From NCBI GenBank assembly GCA_027028005.1, contig JALVKE010000198.1, positions 166 through 64,165 on the forward strand: a DNA stretch of 64,000 bases, in the 5' to 3' direction. This document shows positions 8,956 through 17,607 of this stretch, in pieces (positions within the stretch are counted from its first letter, which is position 1; every line of letters starts with the position of its first letter). A program made the translations under genes and the position numbers. Origin of the DNA: Persephonella sp. GTDB lineage: Bacteria; Aquificota; Aquificia; Aquificales; Hydrogenothermaceae. The notes under the pieces were generated by a model. That model worked only from the letters and a program-made list of their open reading frames with translations, was not told where the DNA came from and made no database searches.

Positions 8956-10405
8956 ATTCTTCTTTATTGTACTCCCATTTTCCTGTCATAAGGTACTCAT
9001 GAATAGCTTCTGCTGCATCTCTTCCGTGTCTGATTGCTGTTACAACAGTATCTCCACCATTTACAACATCCCCACCTGCAAATATACCTTCAACATTTGT
9101 TCTGTATTTCTCGTCAACTGTTGAGAGATTATTCCATTTATCAATCCTTAGACCAGGAACATCTTTGTATGCTACAGGATTATCTCCCTGACCAACAGCC
9201 ATAATAACGACATCACACTCTATTATATGCTCAGAGCCTTCAACAGGTTTTGGTCTTGGTCTTCCACCTTTTTCATCTGGAACAAGCTCCATTTTTACAC
9301 ATTTAAGACCAACAACTTCTCCATTTTCATTTCCAATAACCTCTATTGGCTGTGTTAACCAGTGGAATATTGCTCCTTCTTCAGCTAAGTGATCCCACTC
9401 TTCATCTTTTGCTGAAGATGTATCTCTTGTTCTTCTATATACAAGATGTGTTTCATTTCCAAGTCTTATAGATGTAATCATACAGTCAACAGCTGTAAAT
9501 CCACCACCAATAACAGCTACTCTTTTTCCTTTTGGAAGTTCAACATCTTCCTCAGGGGCTAGTAGTGGATGGGTATGTCCTACATTAACTTTCATGAGAA
9601 ATCCTATGGCAGTGTATACTCCTTTTAAATCTTCTCCAGGAATTCCCATCTTCTTACCACGACCGGAACCAACTCCTATAAATATTGCATCATACTCCTT
9701 TTGAAGCTCAGGAATTGTAATATCTTTTCCTACTGTTACCCCTGTTCTTATCTCCACCCCAAGCTTTTCTATTAGACCAATCTCAAAGTCTAAAGCGTGT
9801 CTATCTAACCTAGCCATTGGAATGCCATATCTCATAACACCACCAGTGAAAGGCAGTGCCTCAAAAACTGTTACAGAATGTCCTTTTTTAGCAAGGAAAT
9901 AAGCTGCTGCTAAACCTGCAGGTCCTGCTCCTATAACAGCCACCTTCTTTCCAGTAGGAGGTTCTTTTTCATCTACCCATTCAACCCCTGCCATTCTTAC
10001 TGAATCGCCAACAAATCTTTCAAGACCACCAATACTAACAGCTAAACCATCATCTTTAAATGTTAGTACACAAGTACTTTCACAAAGTCTATCCTGTGGA
10101 CAAACCCTACCACATACAGAAGAAAATGGATTTTTCTCCCTTAGAATTTTGTAAGCTCCAAAAACATCATCATGCTGAATTCTCTCAATCCACTTTTCCA
10201 TCTCACTTTCAACAGGACAAGAAGGAGTACAAGGTGGCTTTTTACACAGGATACATCTAAATGCCTCATCCTTTGCAGCAGTGTGACCATAACCTAAAAT
10301 AAACTCTTTGAATGTGTGTTTTCTTACTTCTGGAGGAAACATAGGTAAAGGAATTCTGTCATGTCTTCTATAATTAGGTCTTTGTCTTTTCTTTTCCTGC
10401 GACAT
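8954..10405 (-). CDS. GltD-family NAD(P)H-dependent oxidoreductase (glutamate synthase small-subunit-like), stand-alone
   Basis: N-terminal Cys clusters (CILCKKPPCTPSCP; CGRVCPQDRLCESTC). Two Rossmann motifs (VAVIGAGPAGLAAA; VAVIGGGFTAVD). C-terminal GGDVVNGGDTVV. AGGAGG RBS. Confidence 0.85.
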   Translation of the reverse strand: MSQEKKRQRPNYRRHDRIPLPMFPPEVRKHTFKEFILGYGHTAAKDEAFRCILCKKPPCTPSCPVESEMEKWIERIQHDDVFGAYKILREKNPFSSVCGRVCPQDRLCESTCVLTFKDDGLAVSIGGLERFVGDSVRMAGVEWVDEKEPPTGKKVAVIGAGPAGLAAAYFLAKKGHSVTVFEALPFTGGVMRYGIPMARLDRHALDFEIGLIEKLGVEIRTGVTVGKDITIPELQKEYDAIFIGVGSGRGKKMGIPGEDLKGVYTAIGFLMKVNVGHTHPLLAPEEDVELPKGKRVAVIGGGFTAVDCMITSIRLGNETHLVYRRTRDTSSAKDEEWDHLAEEGAIFHWLTQPIEVIGNENGEVVGLKCVKMELVPDEKGGRPRPKPVEGSEHIIECDVVIMAVGQGDNPVAYKDVPGLRIDKWNNLSTVDEKYRTNVEGIFAGGDVVNGGDTVVTAIRHGRDAAEAIHEYLMTGKWEYNKEE

Positions 10406-10420
10406 ATTAAACCTCCTGCT

Positions 10421-11335
10421 TTATTTTCTAAATAAGAAACTCATTAACGATTTTTGTGCGTGAAGCCTGTTTTCTGCCTGGTCAAATATAACATCTGCAA
10501 ACTTTTCAAAAACCTCTTCAGTTATCTCTTCACCTTTATGGGCAGGTAAGCAGTGCATCACAATAGATTTACTATCAGCAACCTTAAGAAGATTTTCATC
10601 TATGGTATATCCCTTAAACACATTTACCTTTTCTTTCTCCCCTTCCTGTCCCATACTAACCCATACATCTGTATACAGAATGTTTGCACCTTTTGCTGCT
10701 TCATAAGGATCATTTAATATCTCAACCTTACTTCCTGTTTCCTTTGCAAACTTTAGAGCCTCAGCAACAGCCTTTCCATTTGGCTCATACCCTTCAGGAG
10801 AGGCAACAGATATATCTAGTCCCATCATAGCACATCCGATAAGGAGTGTGTTTGCCATGTTGTTTCCGTCTCCTATATAAGCCATCTTTAATCCTTCAAG
10901 TCTTCCAAATATCTCGTATATAGTCTGAAAATCTGCTAAAACCTGACATGGATGGGCATAGTCAGTAAGAGCATTTATCACAGGAAAATCTGAGTATTTA
11001 GCAAGTTCTTCAACTTCCCTGTGGGCATAGGTTCTTATTACAAGTCCATCTAAGTATCTAGATAAAACCCTGGCAGTATCTTTTATATCCTCTCCCCTGC
11101 TCATCTGTGTAGAGGAACCCTGTATGTATATAGGCTGTCCTCCCATCTGGTAAACACCAACTTCAAAAGAGATCCTTGTTCTTGTGGAAGGTTTCATAAA
11201 AACAAGACCTATAGATTTATTCTCAAGGGTTCTATCAGAAAACTTATCTTTTTTTAGTTTTATAGCATAATCTATGATTTCCTCTACCTCTTTCTTATTT
11301 AAGTCTGAAATATTTAAAAAATCCCTCTTCACCAA
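10421..11335 (-). CDS. argF: ornithine carbamoyltransferase
   Basis: STRTRISFE carbamoyl-phosphate motif, HPCQ, and HCLPAHKGEE. The start is TTG at 11335 or GTG at 11332, after AGGAGG. Confidence 0.9.
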   Translation of the reverse strand: MVKRDFLNISDLNKKEVEEIIDYAIKLKKDKFSDRTLENKSIGLVFMKPSTRTRISFEVGVYQMGGQPIYIQGSSTQMSRGEDIKDTARVLSRYLDGLVIRTYAHREVEELAKYSDFPVINALTDYAHPCQVLADFQTIYEIFGRLEGLKMAYIGDGNNMANTLLIGCAMMGLDISVASPEGYEPNGKAVAEALKFAKETGSKVEILNDPYEAAKGANILYTDVWVSMGQEGEKEKVNVFKGYTIDENLLKVADSKSIVMHCLPAHKGEEITEEVFEKFADVIFDQAENRLHAQKSLMSFLFRK

Positions 11336-11492
11336 AATCCTCCTGTATTCTGATTAAGTAAAAAATATAACATTGTTTGATTTCTTAATCAATTGAGAAA
11401 AGGTTTATTTTTCAAAGCTTTTATGAATGTTCTCATAAAAATTATGGATCTAAAACCAAACTTTTATAAAAATCTTTTTAAGGAGGTTTAAG

Positions 11493-11738
11493 ATGGCTAA
11501 AGATATATTTCAGATGGATAAGGATACAGAAGTTTGCTTTTGTGTGAACGTAACTCTTGGAGAGATTTTAGAAGCTATAAAAAACGGAGCTTGTACCTTA
11601 GAAGAGATAATGGATGCTACTGATGCAGGGACAGCCTGTGGACTGTGTAGATCACCTGAGGATGATCCAGATGGAGAAAGAGAGATCCATCTAACAGAAA
11701 TTCTACAGCAGGCTAAAGAAAAGGGTTTATGTGGCTAA
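11493..11738 (+). CDS. BFD-like [2Fe-2S]-binding domain protein
   Basis: CFC...(32 aa)...CGLC pattern (CFCVNVTLGEILEAIKNG..TLEEIMDATDAGTACGLC), typical of the bacterioferritin-associated ferredoxin domain. AAGGAGG RBS. Confidence 0.75.
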   Translation: MAKDIFQMDKDTEVCFCVNVTLGEILEAIKNGACTLEEIMDATDAGTACGLCRSPEDDPDGEREIHLTEILQQAKEKGLCG

Positions 11739-11772
11739 TGTTTTCAAAACGTTATGAATTCTTGTTATGATA

Positions 11773-11787
11773 TTACTCATTGAGTAA
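11773..11787. promoter_or_regulatory. perfect 7-1-7 palindrome, candidate operator upstream of iscU-like gene
   Basis: TTACTCA-T-TGAGTAA lies between a TTGTTA (-35-like, 11762-11767) and an A/T-rich -10-like region. Confidence 0.3.
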
Positions 11788-11809
11788 AAATACTGTGAAA
11801 TATAAATTA

Positions 11810-11834
11810 AGCACGTATAAATCGTGCTAGGAGG
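11810..11834 (+). promoter_or_regulatory. stem-loop abutting the Shine-Dalgarno of the iscU-like gene
   Basis: AGCACG (11810-11815), loop TATAAAT, CGTGCT (11823-11828), followed directly by AGGAGG (11829-11834) and ATG at 11842. Confidence 0.3.
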
Positions 11835-11841
11835 TTAAACT

Positions 11842-12300
11842 ATGTTTGAATATACAGAGAAGGTTATGGATCACTTTATGAACCCAAGAAACCTAGGAGA
11901 GATACCTAATCCTGATGGATACGGGCAGTGTGGTAATCCTTCTTGTGGAGATGCAATGTTATTTACTATAAAAGTAAATAAAGAGAACGATGTTATAGAA
12001 GATGTTAAGTTTAAAACATTTGGTTGTGGTTCAGCTATAGCTGTTTCTTCTGTTCTTACAGAGATGGTAAAAGGAAAGCCTATAGACTACGCTTTGAACT
12101 TAACATATAAAGAGATTTTTGAAGAGCTTGGAGGTTTACCACCTCAAAAAATTCACTGCACAAACCTTGGACTTGAGACACTTCACGTTGCTATTAAAGA
12201 CTATCTTCTAAAGCAAGGTAGAGTTGAAGAAGCTAACAAAATACCTGACTGCATAGAAGAGGAAGAAGAAGAAGGCTTAGATTTAGAACATATTGGATAA
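11842..12300 (+). CDS. iscU: Fe-S cluster scaffold, NifU N-terminal/IscU type
   Basis: The three scaffold cysteines sit in canonical contexts (GNPSCGDAM, FKTFGCGSAIA, KIHCTNLG). Acidic C-terminal tail. Confidence 0.9.
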   Translation: MFEYTEKVMDHFMNPRNLGEIPNPDGYGQCGNPSCGDAMLFTIKVNKENDVIEDVKFKTFGCGSAIAVSSVLTEMVKGKPIDYALNLTYKEIFEELGGLPPQKIHCTNLGLETLHVAIKDYLLKQGRVEEANKIPDCIEEEEEEGLDLEHIG

Positions 12301-12350
12301 AAATAAGGGCTTTTGCCCTTTTTATAAAAATAAAAAAGTATTTAGGGAAG

Positions 12351-13421
12351 ATGGAGAAAAAAGAGAAGATAAAAGCAGTAGCTTTATACTCAGGTGGTTT
12401 AGATAGCACTCTTGCTATTAAACTTATTCAAAATCAGGGAATAGATGTTCTTGCTATACATTTTTACACAGGTTTTTGTATCACAGAAACAAAGAGAAGA
12501 CGTGGTGAAAAGAAACCAGATGGTTCTCACTACATGAACCCAGCATTAAAGTATGCAGCTAAGTACGGATTTAAACTTGAGATTGTTGATATATCTGATG
12601 AGTACTTTGATATCATTCAAAATCCAAAATATGGATACGGAGCTAACATAAATCCTTGTATAGACTGTAGAGCCTTTATGTATAAAAAGGCAAAAGAGAT
12701 AATGGAAAGAGAAGGGGCTCACTTTATCATATCAGGAGAGGTTCTTAATCAAAGACCTATGAGTCAGCATCTAAAAGCTATGAAGATCATTGAAAGGGAA
12801 GCTGGTGTTGAAGGACTGGTGGTTAAACCTCTTTCTGCTAAAGTTTTACCACCTACTATTCCAGAAAAAAAAGGATGGATAGATAGAAACAAGCTTGAAG
12901 GTATTGTTGGAAGAAGTAGGAAAAGACAGCTTCAACTAGCTAAAGAGCTTGGTATAGATGAGTTTGAACAACCTGCAGGAGGTTGCTGTTACCTAACAGA
13001 TGAGAACTTTGCTAAAAAGTATAAGGAAACAATATCTGCACAGGGATTTATATCTAGAGATGATCTATACCTGTTAACAGTAGGCAGACACTTTAGACTA
13101 CCTTCTGGAACAAAAGTTATAATCTCTAGAAATGAAGGAGAGGGAAACTTTATAAAAGGTTTAAAGAAAAATTACTGGTATTTTGAGCCTGTAGGTAAAG
13201 GAGCAGTAGCAATAGCAAAACCTATAGAAGAGAGACCTCTTACAGAAGAGGAGATAAAGCAGATAGCAGATCTAGTGGCAAGATACTGCAAGACAGATGA
13301 GGAAGGTAAGATAAATATAAAATATAAGGCTCCTGAAACAGATTTACTCTCAAAAAACAAAGAAGGTATAATTTTAGGAGAAAAACCTGAAGAAAGCTTA
13401 CTTGAAAGCTGGAGGATATAA
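12351..13421 (+). CDS. PP-loop ATP pyrophosphatase, ThiI/MnmA-like thiolation enzyme lacking a THUMP domain
   Basis: SGGLDS PP-loop (ALYSGGLDSTLA), ThiI-like SGEVLNQRPMSQ and VKPL motifs, Cys pairs (NPCIDC, GGCCY). 356 aa. Confidence 0.65.
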   Translation: MEKKEKIKAVALYSGGLDSTLAIKLIQNQGIDVLAIHFYTGFCITETKRRRGEKKPDGSHYMNPALKYAAKYGFKLEIVDISDEYFDIIQNPKYGYGANINPCIDCRAFMYKKAKEIMEREGAHFIISGEVLNQRPMSQHLKAMKIIEREAGVEGLVVKPLSAKVLPPTIPEKKGWIDRNKLEGIVGRSRKRQLQLAKELGIDEFEQPAGGCCYLTDENFAKKYKETISAQGFISRDDLYLLTVGRHFRLPSGTKVIISRNEGEGNFIKGLKKNYWYFEPVGKGAVAIAKPIEERPLTEEEIKQIADLVARYCKTDEEGKINIKYKAPETDLLSKNKEGIILGEKPEESLLESWRI

Positions 13422-13676
13422 ATGGCAGAAAAATTAGATAACATAAAACCAGATATTGTTCATGATGCAACAGGGACATTTTGTCCTATCCCTATAACAG
13501 AACTTGCTAAGGTTATGAAACAGGCAAAAAAGGGGCAGATTGTTGAGCTTTTAGCTGATGATGAAGGTGCTATTCAAGATGTTCCTGCATGGTGTGAAAC
13601 AACAGGGAATGAATATTTAGGATATAAAGAGGAAGATGGAGTTCTAGCATTTTACGTTAAGAAAACTCAGGATTAG
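13422..13676 (+). CDS. TusA/SirA-like sulfur carrier protein
   Basis: CPxP active-site motif (GTFCPIPITE) and an 84-aa two-layer alpha/beta-size protein. The start is coupled to the upstream stop (TAAATG). Confidence 0.8.
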   Translation: MAEKLDNIKPDIVHDATGTFCPIPITELAKVMKQAKKGQIVELLADDEGAIQDVPAWCETTGNEYLGYKEEDGVLAFYVKKTQD

Positions 13677-13685
13677 GTAGGAAAG

Positions 13686-13910
13686 ATGACAAAGGTTACA
13701 GAAGATACAAAAGTTTTCCATCTTCTAGAAGAGTATCCAGAAACAGAAGAGATTATAAAAAAGTACTTTTCGTACTTTTACGAACATAGACTTGTTGATA
13801 TTGCTTTAAAAAGGCTATCTATAAAGGGAGCTTTTACAGTTTTAGATATCCCAGAAGAAAAACAGAAAGAATTTTATAGAGAGATAGAAGCTTTAATATC
13901 TAAAAAATAG
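13686..13910 (+). CDS. DUF1858-like small protein
   Basis: The N-terminal pattern IT.DT.V..LLEEYPET..I resembles the DUF1858 / hybrid-cluster-associated domain, but the usual cysteines are absent. Confidence 0.45.
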   Translation: MTKVTEDTKVFHLLEEYPETEEIIKKYFSYFYEHRLVDIALKRLSIKGAFTVLDIPEEKQKEFYREIEALISKK

Positions 13911-13934
13911 CATAACAAAGTGAGGTTGTCTGTT

Positions 13935-14210
13935 ATGGTAGAGAATTTAAAAACAAAAGAGAATGAGGTAGAAGAAGTCTTAGAAAAAATAAGACCTGCT
14001 TTAGCAGCAGATCATGGGGATATAAAACTTGTTAAAGTGGAAGATAACGATGTTTATCTTGAGCTTTTAGGTGAATGTAGCACATGTCCTGTGCCAGACA
14101 TCACAATGAAAGATGTAATTATAGTAATGATAAAACAGATGCTCCCGTGGGTTAAAACAGTATATATTGGCCAAAAAAAATTTGAGTTAAATCCTACATT
14201 TTCAGGATAA
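13935..14210 (+). CDS. NifU C-terminal (Nfu-type) Fe-S cluster carrier
   Basis: IRPALAADHGDIKLV...GECSTCP CxxC motif. The ORF opens at GTG 13920, but GAGG at 13922-13925 lies 9 nt before ATG 13935 (MVENLK...). Confidence 0.8.
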   Translation: MVENLKTKENEVEEVLEKIRPALAADHGDIKLVKVEDNDVYLELLGECSTCPVPDITMKDVIIVMIKQMLPWVKTVYIGQKKFELNPTFSG

Positions 14211-14213
14211 AGT

Positions 14214-15065
14214 ATGCAGTTAAACGGGGAAACGTTAGTTTACGGTATTATTGGTTATCCTGTAAAACATTCAAAATCTCCAACCTTTCAAACAGCAGCA
14301 TTTCAATCTTTAGGAATAAATGCTGTGTATGTTCCCTTTCATGTTAAGCCAGAAGATTTAGAAAAAGCTGTAGAAGGGATAAAAGCTCTCTCTGTAAAAG
14401 GTGTTAATATAACAATCCCTCACAAAGAAGAAGTAATTAAATATGTAAATGAGATCTCTGAGGAAGTAAAGTTTATTGGTGCTGCAAATACTATAGAAAA
14501 TATAGATGGATATCTAAAAGCTTACAACACAGATGCTTACGGTTTCATAAGAGGATTAAAAGAGCTGTTAGAAAAGGCAGAAAAGGATATCTCAGATCTT
14601 TCTTTTCTTGTTTTAGGGGCAGGAGGAGCTTCTAGAGCTGTTGTATACGGTCTTTTAAAAGAAGGTACAAAAAAAATATACCTGGCAAATAGAACATTAG
14701 AAAAAGCAGAAAAGTTAATATCAGATTTTAAACAGCTAAATAGAATTGTTGAGAAAACTATTGAACCTGTAAGGTTAGATAAGGTGGAAGATTATCTAGA
14801 TAAAGTAGATGTAATTGTTAATACAACATCTGTTGGATTACATCCTGAGGATAAGCCTCTCTTTGATTATGAAAAAATTATGAAAAAACATATTATTGTT
14901 GATATAATATACAAAAAGACACCTTTACTTAAAAAAGCAGAAGAAAAAGGGTGTCTTTGGCAGGATGGTCTGCCTATGCTCTTATATCAGGGGGTGAGGA
15001 GTTTTGAGATATGGACAAAGAGAGAAGCTCCTGTTGAAGTAATGAGGAAGATACTAGAAAAATAA
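14214..15065 (+). CDS. aroE: shikimate dehydrogenase
   Basis: GYPVKHSKSP, NITIPHK, NTDAYGF, and Rossmann motif LGAGGASRAV. Confidence 0.9.
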   Translation: MQLNGETLVYGIIGYPVKHSKSPTFQTAAFQSLGINAVYVPFHVKPEDLEKAVEGIKALSVKGVNITIPHKEEVIKYVNEISEEVKFIGAANTIENIDGYLKAYNTDAYGFIRGLKELLEKAEKDISDLSFLVLGAGGASRAVVYGLLKEGTKKIYLANRTLEKAEKLISDFKQLNRIVEKTIEPVRLDKVEDYLDKVDVIVNTTSVGLHPEDKPLFDYEKIMKKHIIVDIIYKKTPLLKKAEEKGCLWQDGLPMLLYQGVRSFEIWTKREAPVEVMRKILEK

Positions 15066-15261
15066 AAAAGAGCTCCTAAAAAGGAGCTAAGAAAGGGAGG
15101 AGGTTTTAGGAGAAAACATTGGCGCTGCTTGGGCTTTCCTAATTCCTTAATTATAGTTTATCCTTAGGTAAGTGAAATATCTGTGAATGTTAACTTTTTT
15201 GAAAACTTCATTTTAAAACCTTATAATTTCTAACAGCATATCAAATATTATGAGGGTTAGC

Positions 15262-16230
15262 ATGGCTGATATTGGAATTGATTTAAACAGGTTTATCTTA
15301 GAAGAAGAGAGAAAACATCCAAATGCTACAGGTTCATTAACTCAAGCTTTAATGTCCATTGAAGCGGCATCAAAGATAATAGCCTCTCAGGTTAGAAAAG
15401 CAGGTTTAGCAGGTATTTTAGGAAAAGCTGGGAAAACAAATGTTCAGGGAGAAGAGGTTCAAAAGTTAGATGAGCTTTCAAATGAGATACTGATAGATAT
15501 GCTTTCTGACAGTGGAGAGTTTTATGCTCTTGCTTCAGAAGAGCTAGATGAACCTATATATCCTGAAAAAGGGAAAAATGCAAAGTATGTGATAGCTTTT
15601 GACCCTTTAGATGGTTCTTCAAATATTGATGTGAATGTGAGTATAGGAACAATCTTTTCCATTCATAGAAGGATAGGAGATGGCGTTGAAAACTTCCTTC
15701 AGGAAGGGTATAAGCAGGTAGCAGCAGGGTATATCATATACGGTTCTTCCACAATGTTTGTTTTTTCAACAGGAAATGGTGTCAATGGATTTACATTAGA
15801 CCCGTCTGTAGGTATGTTTTTACTTTCCCACCCAGATATGAAACTTCCTGAAAAAGGAAAAATTTACTCTATAAATGAAGCTAATGAGAAGAAATGGATA
15901 GATGAAAATCTAAAGAAGTTTATAGATGCTTTAAAAGATGAAGGTTACACATCAAGATATATTGGTTCAATGGTTGCAGATGTCCATAGAACATTGATAA
16001 AAGGGGGAATATTTGGATATCCTGCAGATAAAAAGAATGTTAATGGAAAGCTTAGACTTTTATATGAAGCTTCCCCAATGTCTTTTCTTATAACACAGGC
16101 AGGTGGAAAAGCAACAACTGGAAAAGAAGATATTCTTAACATAAAACCTCATGAGATACATCAAAGGGTTCCTGTATTTTTAGGAAGTAAAAAGGAAATA
16201 GATCAACTGTTGTCTTTTATAGGTTCTTAA
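15262..16230 (+). CDS. fbp: fructose-1,6-bisphosphatase class 1
   Basis: DPLDGSSNID metal-binding motif, GSSTM and YPAD..NGKLRLLYE. GAGGG lies 6 nt before ATG 15262, although the ORF opens at 15250. Confidence 0.9.
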   Translation: MADIGIDLNRFILEEERKHPNATGSLTQALMSIEAASKIIASQVRKAGLAGILGKAGKTNVQGEEVQKLDELSNEILIDMLSDSGEFYALASEELDEPIYPEKGKNAKYVIAFDPLDGSSNIDVNVSIGTIFSIHRRIGDGVENFLQEGYKQVAAGYIIYGSSTMFVFSTGNGVNGFTLDPSVGMFLLSHPDMKLPEKGKIYSINEANEKKWIDENLKKFIDALKDEGYTSRYIGSMVADVHRTLIKGGIFGYPADKKNVNGKLRLLYEASPMSFLITQAGGKATTGKEDILNIKPHEIHQRVPVFLGSKKEIDQLLSFIGS

Positions 16231-16231
16231 T

Positions 16232-16606
16232 ATGGAATATTTAGCTGTTATGCTTGGGGGAGCTTTAGGTGCTCTCTCAAGGTTTTTAACATCTGCATTT
16301 ATAAACAAGCTTGTAGGAATTGAATTTCCAGCAGGAACTCTTTTTGTTAATACGTTAGGCTCTTTTATCCTTGTATTCTTCACAGTTCTTTCTATTGAAA
16401 AACTTGCTATAGACCCTCTATGGAGATTGTTCTTTGCTGTTGGTTTTCTAGGAGCTTTTACGACATTCTCTACATTTTCCTATGAAACTATAGCTATGTT
16501 TCAGGAAGGAGAGATACTAAAAAGTGCCTTAAATATCATTCTCAACAATCTTCTTTCTATAACAGCTGGTATACTAGGACTTATTCTAGCAAGGTTATTA
16601 ATGTAG
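16232..16606 (+). CDS. crcB: fluoride channel CrcB/FluC
   Basis: 124 aa with 4 TM segments. GGALGALSRF and GFLGAFTTFSTF signature motifs. It starts 1 nt after the fbp stop. Confidence 0.9.
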   Translation: MEYLAVMLGGALGALSRFLTSAFINKLVGIEFPAGTLFVNTLGSFILVFFTVLSIEKLAIDPLWRLFFAVGFLGAFTTFSTFSYETIAMFQEGEILKSALNIILNNLLSITAGILGLILARLLM

Positions 16607-16616
16607 GAGTATAAAC

Positions 16617-16952
16617 ATGAAAATAGAAGGAGAAGCTCTTTTAGTAAGAATTTTTGTCGGTGAAAAAGACAGAACAGATGGAAAGCTTTTGTATAAAAAG
16701 ATTGTTGAGATCTGTAGAGAGAACAATGTGGCAGGAGCAACTGTTTTTAGAGGTATTTTAGGATATGGTGCTTCAAGTAGAATTCATGCTGCCTCTTTAC
16801 TAACATTATCAGAGGATTTACCTGTTGTTATAGAGATTGTGGATAAAGAAGAGAGAATAAACAGTGTCCTTCCTCTAATAGAACCGTATATAAAAAGTGG
16901 TCTTATAACAATGGAAAAGGTCAAAGTAATAAAATATGAAGGAAAATCATAA
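16617..16952 (+). CDS. DUF190 (PII-like) protein, usual CrcB partner
   Basis: LLVRIFVGEKDR..GK.LY..I......GATVFRGILGYG pattern. Adjacent to crcB. Confidence 0.8.
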   Translation: MKIEGEALLVRIFVGEKDRTDGKLLYKKIVEICRENNVAGATVFRGILGYGASSRIHAASLLTLSEDLPVVIEIVDKEERINSVLPLIEPYIKSGLITMEKVKVIKYEGKS

Positions 16953-17004
16953 CAAAAACATCCTATAGAGTATATCTTAATCTTAAAAAGGGAAAGGGGA
17001 TTTT

Positions 17005-17607
17005 ATGTACGCCGGTGTAGAGATAAGCAGTAATAAAACATTTACTGTTGCTTTAATGGATAGTAATAGAAATGTTTCTTATATAGGTCACTTCTGGAAG
17101 GAGGGTTTATACTGGTTTTTAGACCACACAAAGATAAAAATTCTCACATTAAATCTAAACTTTAAAGATAAAAAACATCTATCTACAAACTTTAAGATAT
17201 ATCTCGATCTAAAAAATGTTCTTCTATCTCAGTTTGAGTTTTTTGAGTTCCCAGAGATAGATAAAGAAAAGGTTTTTGCATTAACAGACACAGATAGATT
17301 TTTTAAAAAATCTATTAGAAAGGAGCTTTTACCTATATACACTAGAGAAGGTTTAGAACAGAGGATTTACAATCTCCCAAAGTCAGGAATACATCTTCCA
17401 AAATATATGCTTTCAAAGGATAGGAATAGATTAAAAAGGGAGCTTAACGCTACTGTTTCAGCTTTTACCTCTTTTGCTATTGATAAAGATCTGTATACAG
17501 TAGAAGAGGAAAATGGAGAAAAGATTGTAGTCCCTATATACAGATTTGTCCCTAAAGAAAAGAGGGTAATAACAGGTTCAGCCTCAACATTAAGAAATCC
17601 TCTCTAG
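17005..17607 (+). CDS. hypothetical protein (possibly RNase H-fold/DUF429-like)
   Basis: 200-aa ORF with a GGGGA RBS. The N-terminal strand YAGVEISS and later TDTDRFF loosely resemble RNase-H-fold nucleases. Weak evidence. Confidence 0.45.
   Translation: MYAGVEISSNKTFTVALMDSNRNVSYIGHFWKEGLYWFLDHTKIKILTLNLNFKDKKHLSTNFKIYLDLKNVLLSQFEFFEFPEIDKEKVFALTDTDRFFKKSIRKELLPIYTREGLEQRIYNLPKSGIHLPKYMLSKDRNRLKRELNATVSAFTSFAIDKDLYTVEEENGEKIVVPIYRFVPKEKRVITGSASTLRNPL

Noticed and set aside
15066-15261. Possible fluoride (crcB-motif) riboswitch upstream of fbp-crcB.
   Set aside because: The conserved GGCGAUG...CCGCC...GCUGAUGA..CCUAC elements are not present. Only an unrelated GC-rich patch is seen.
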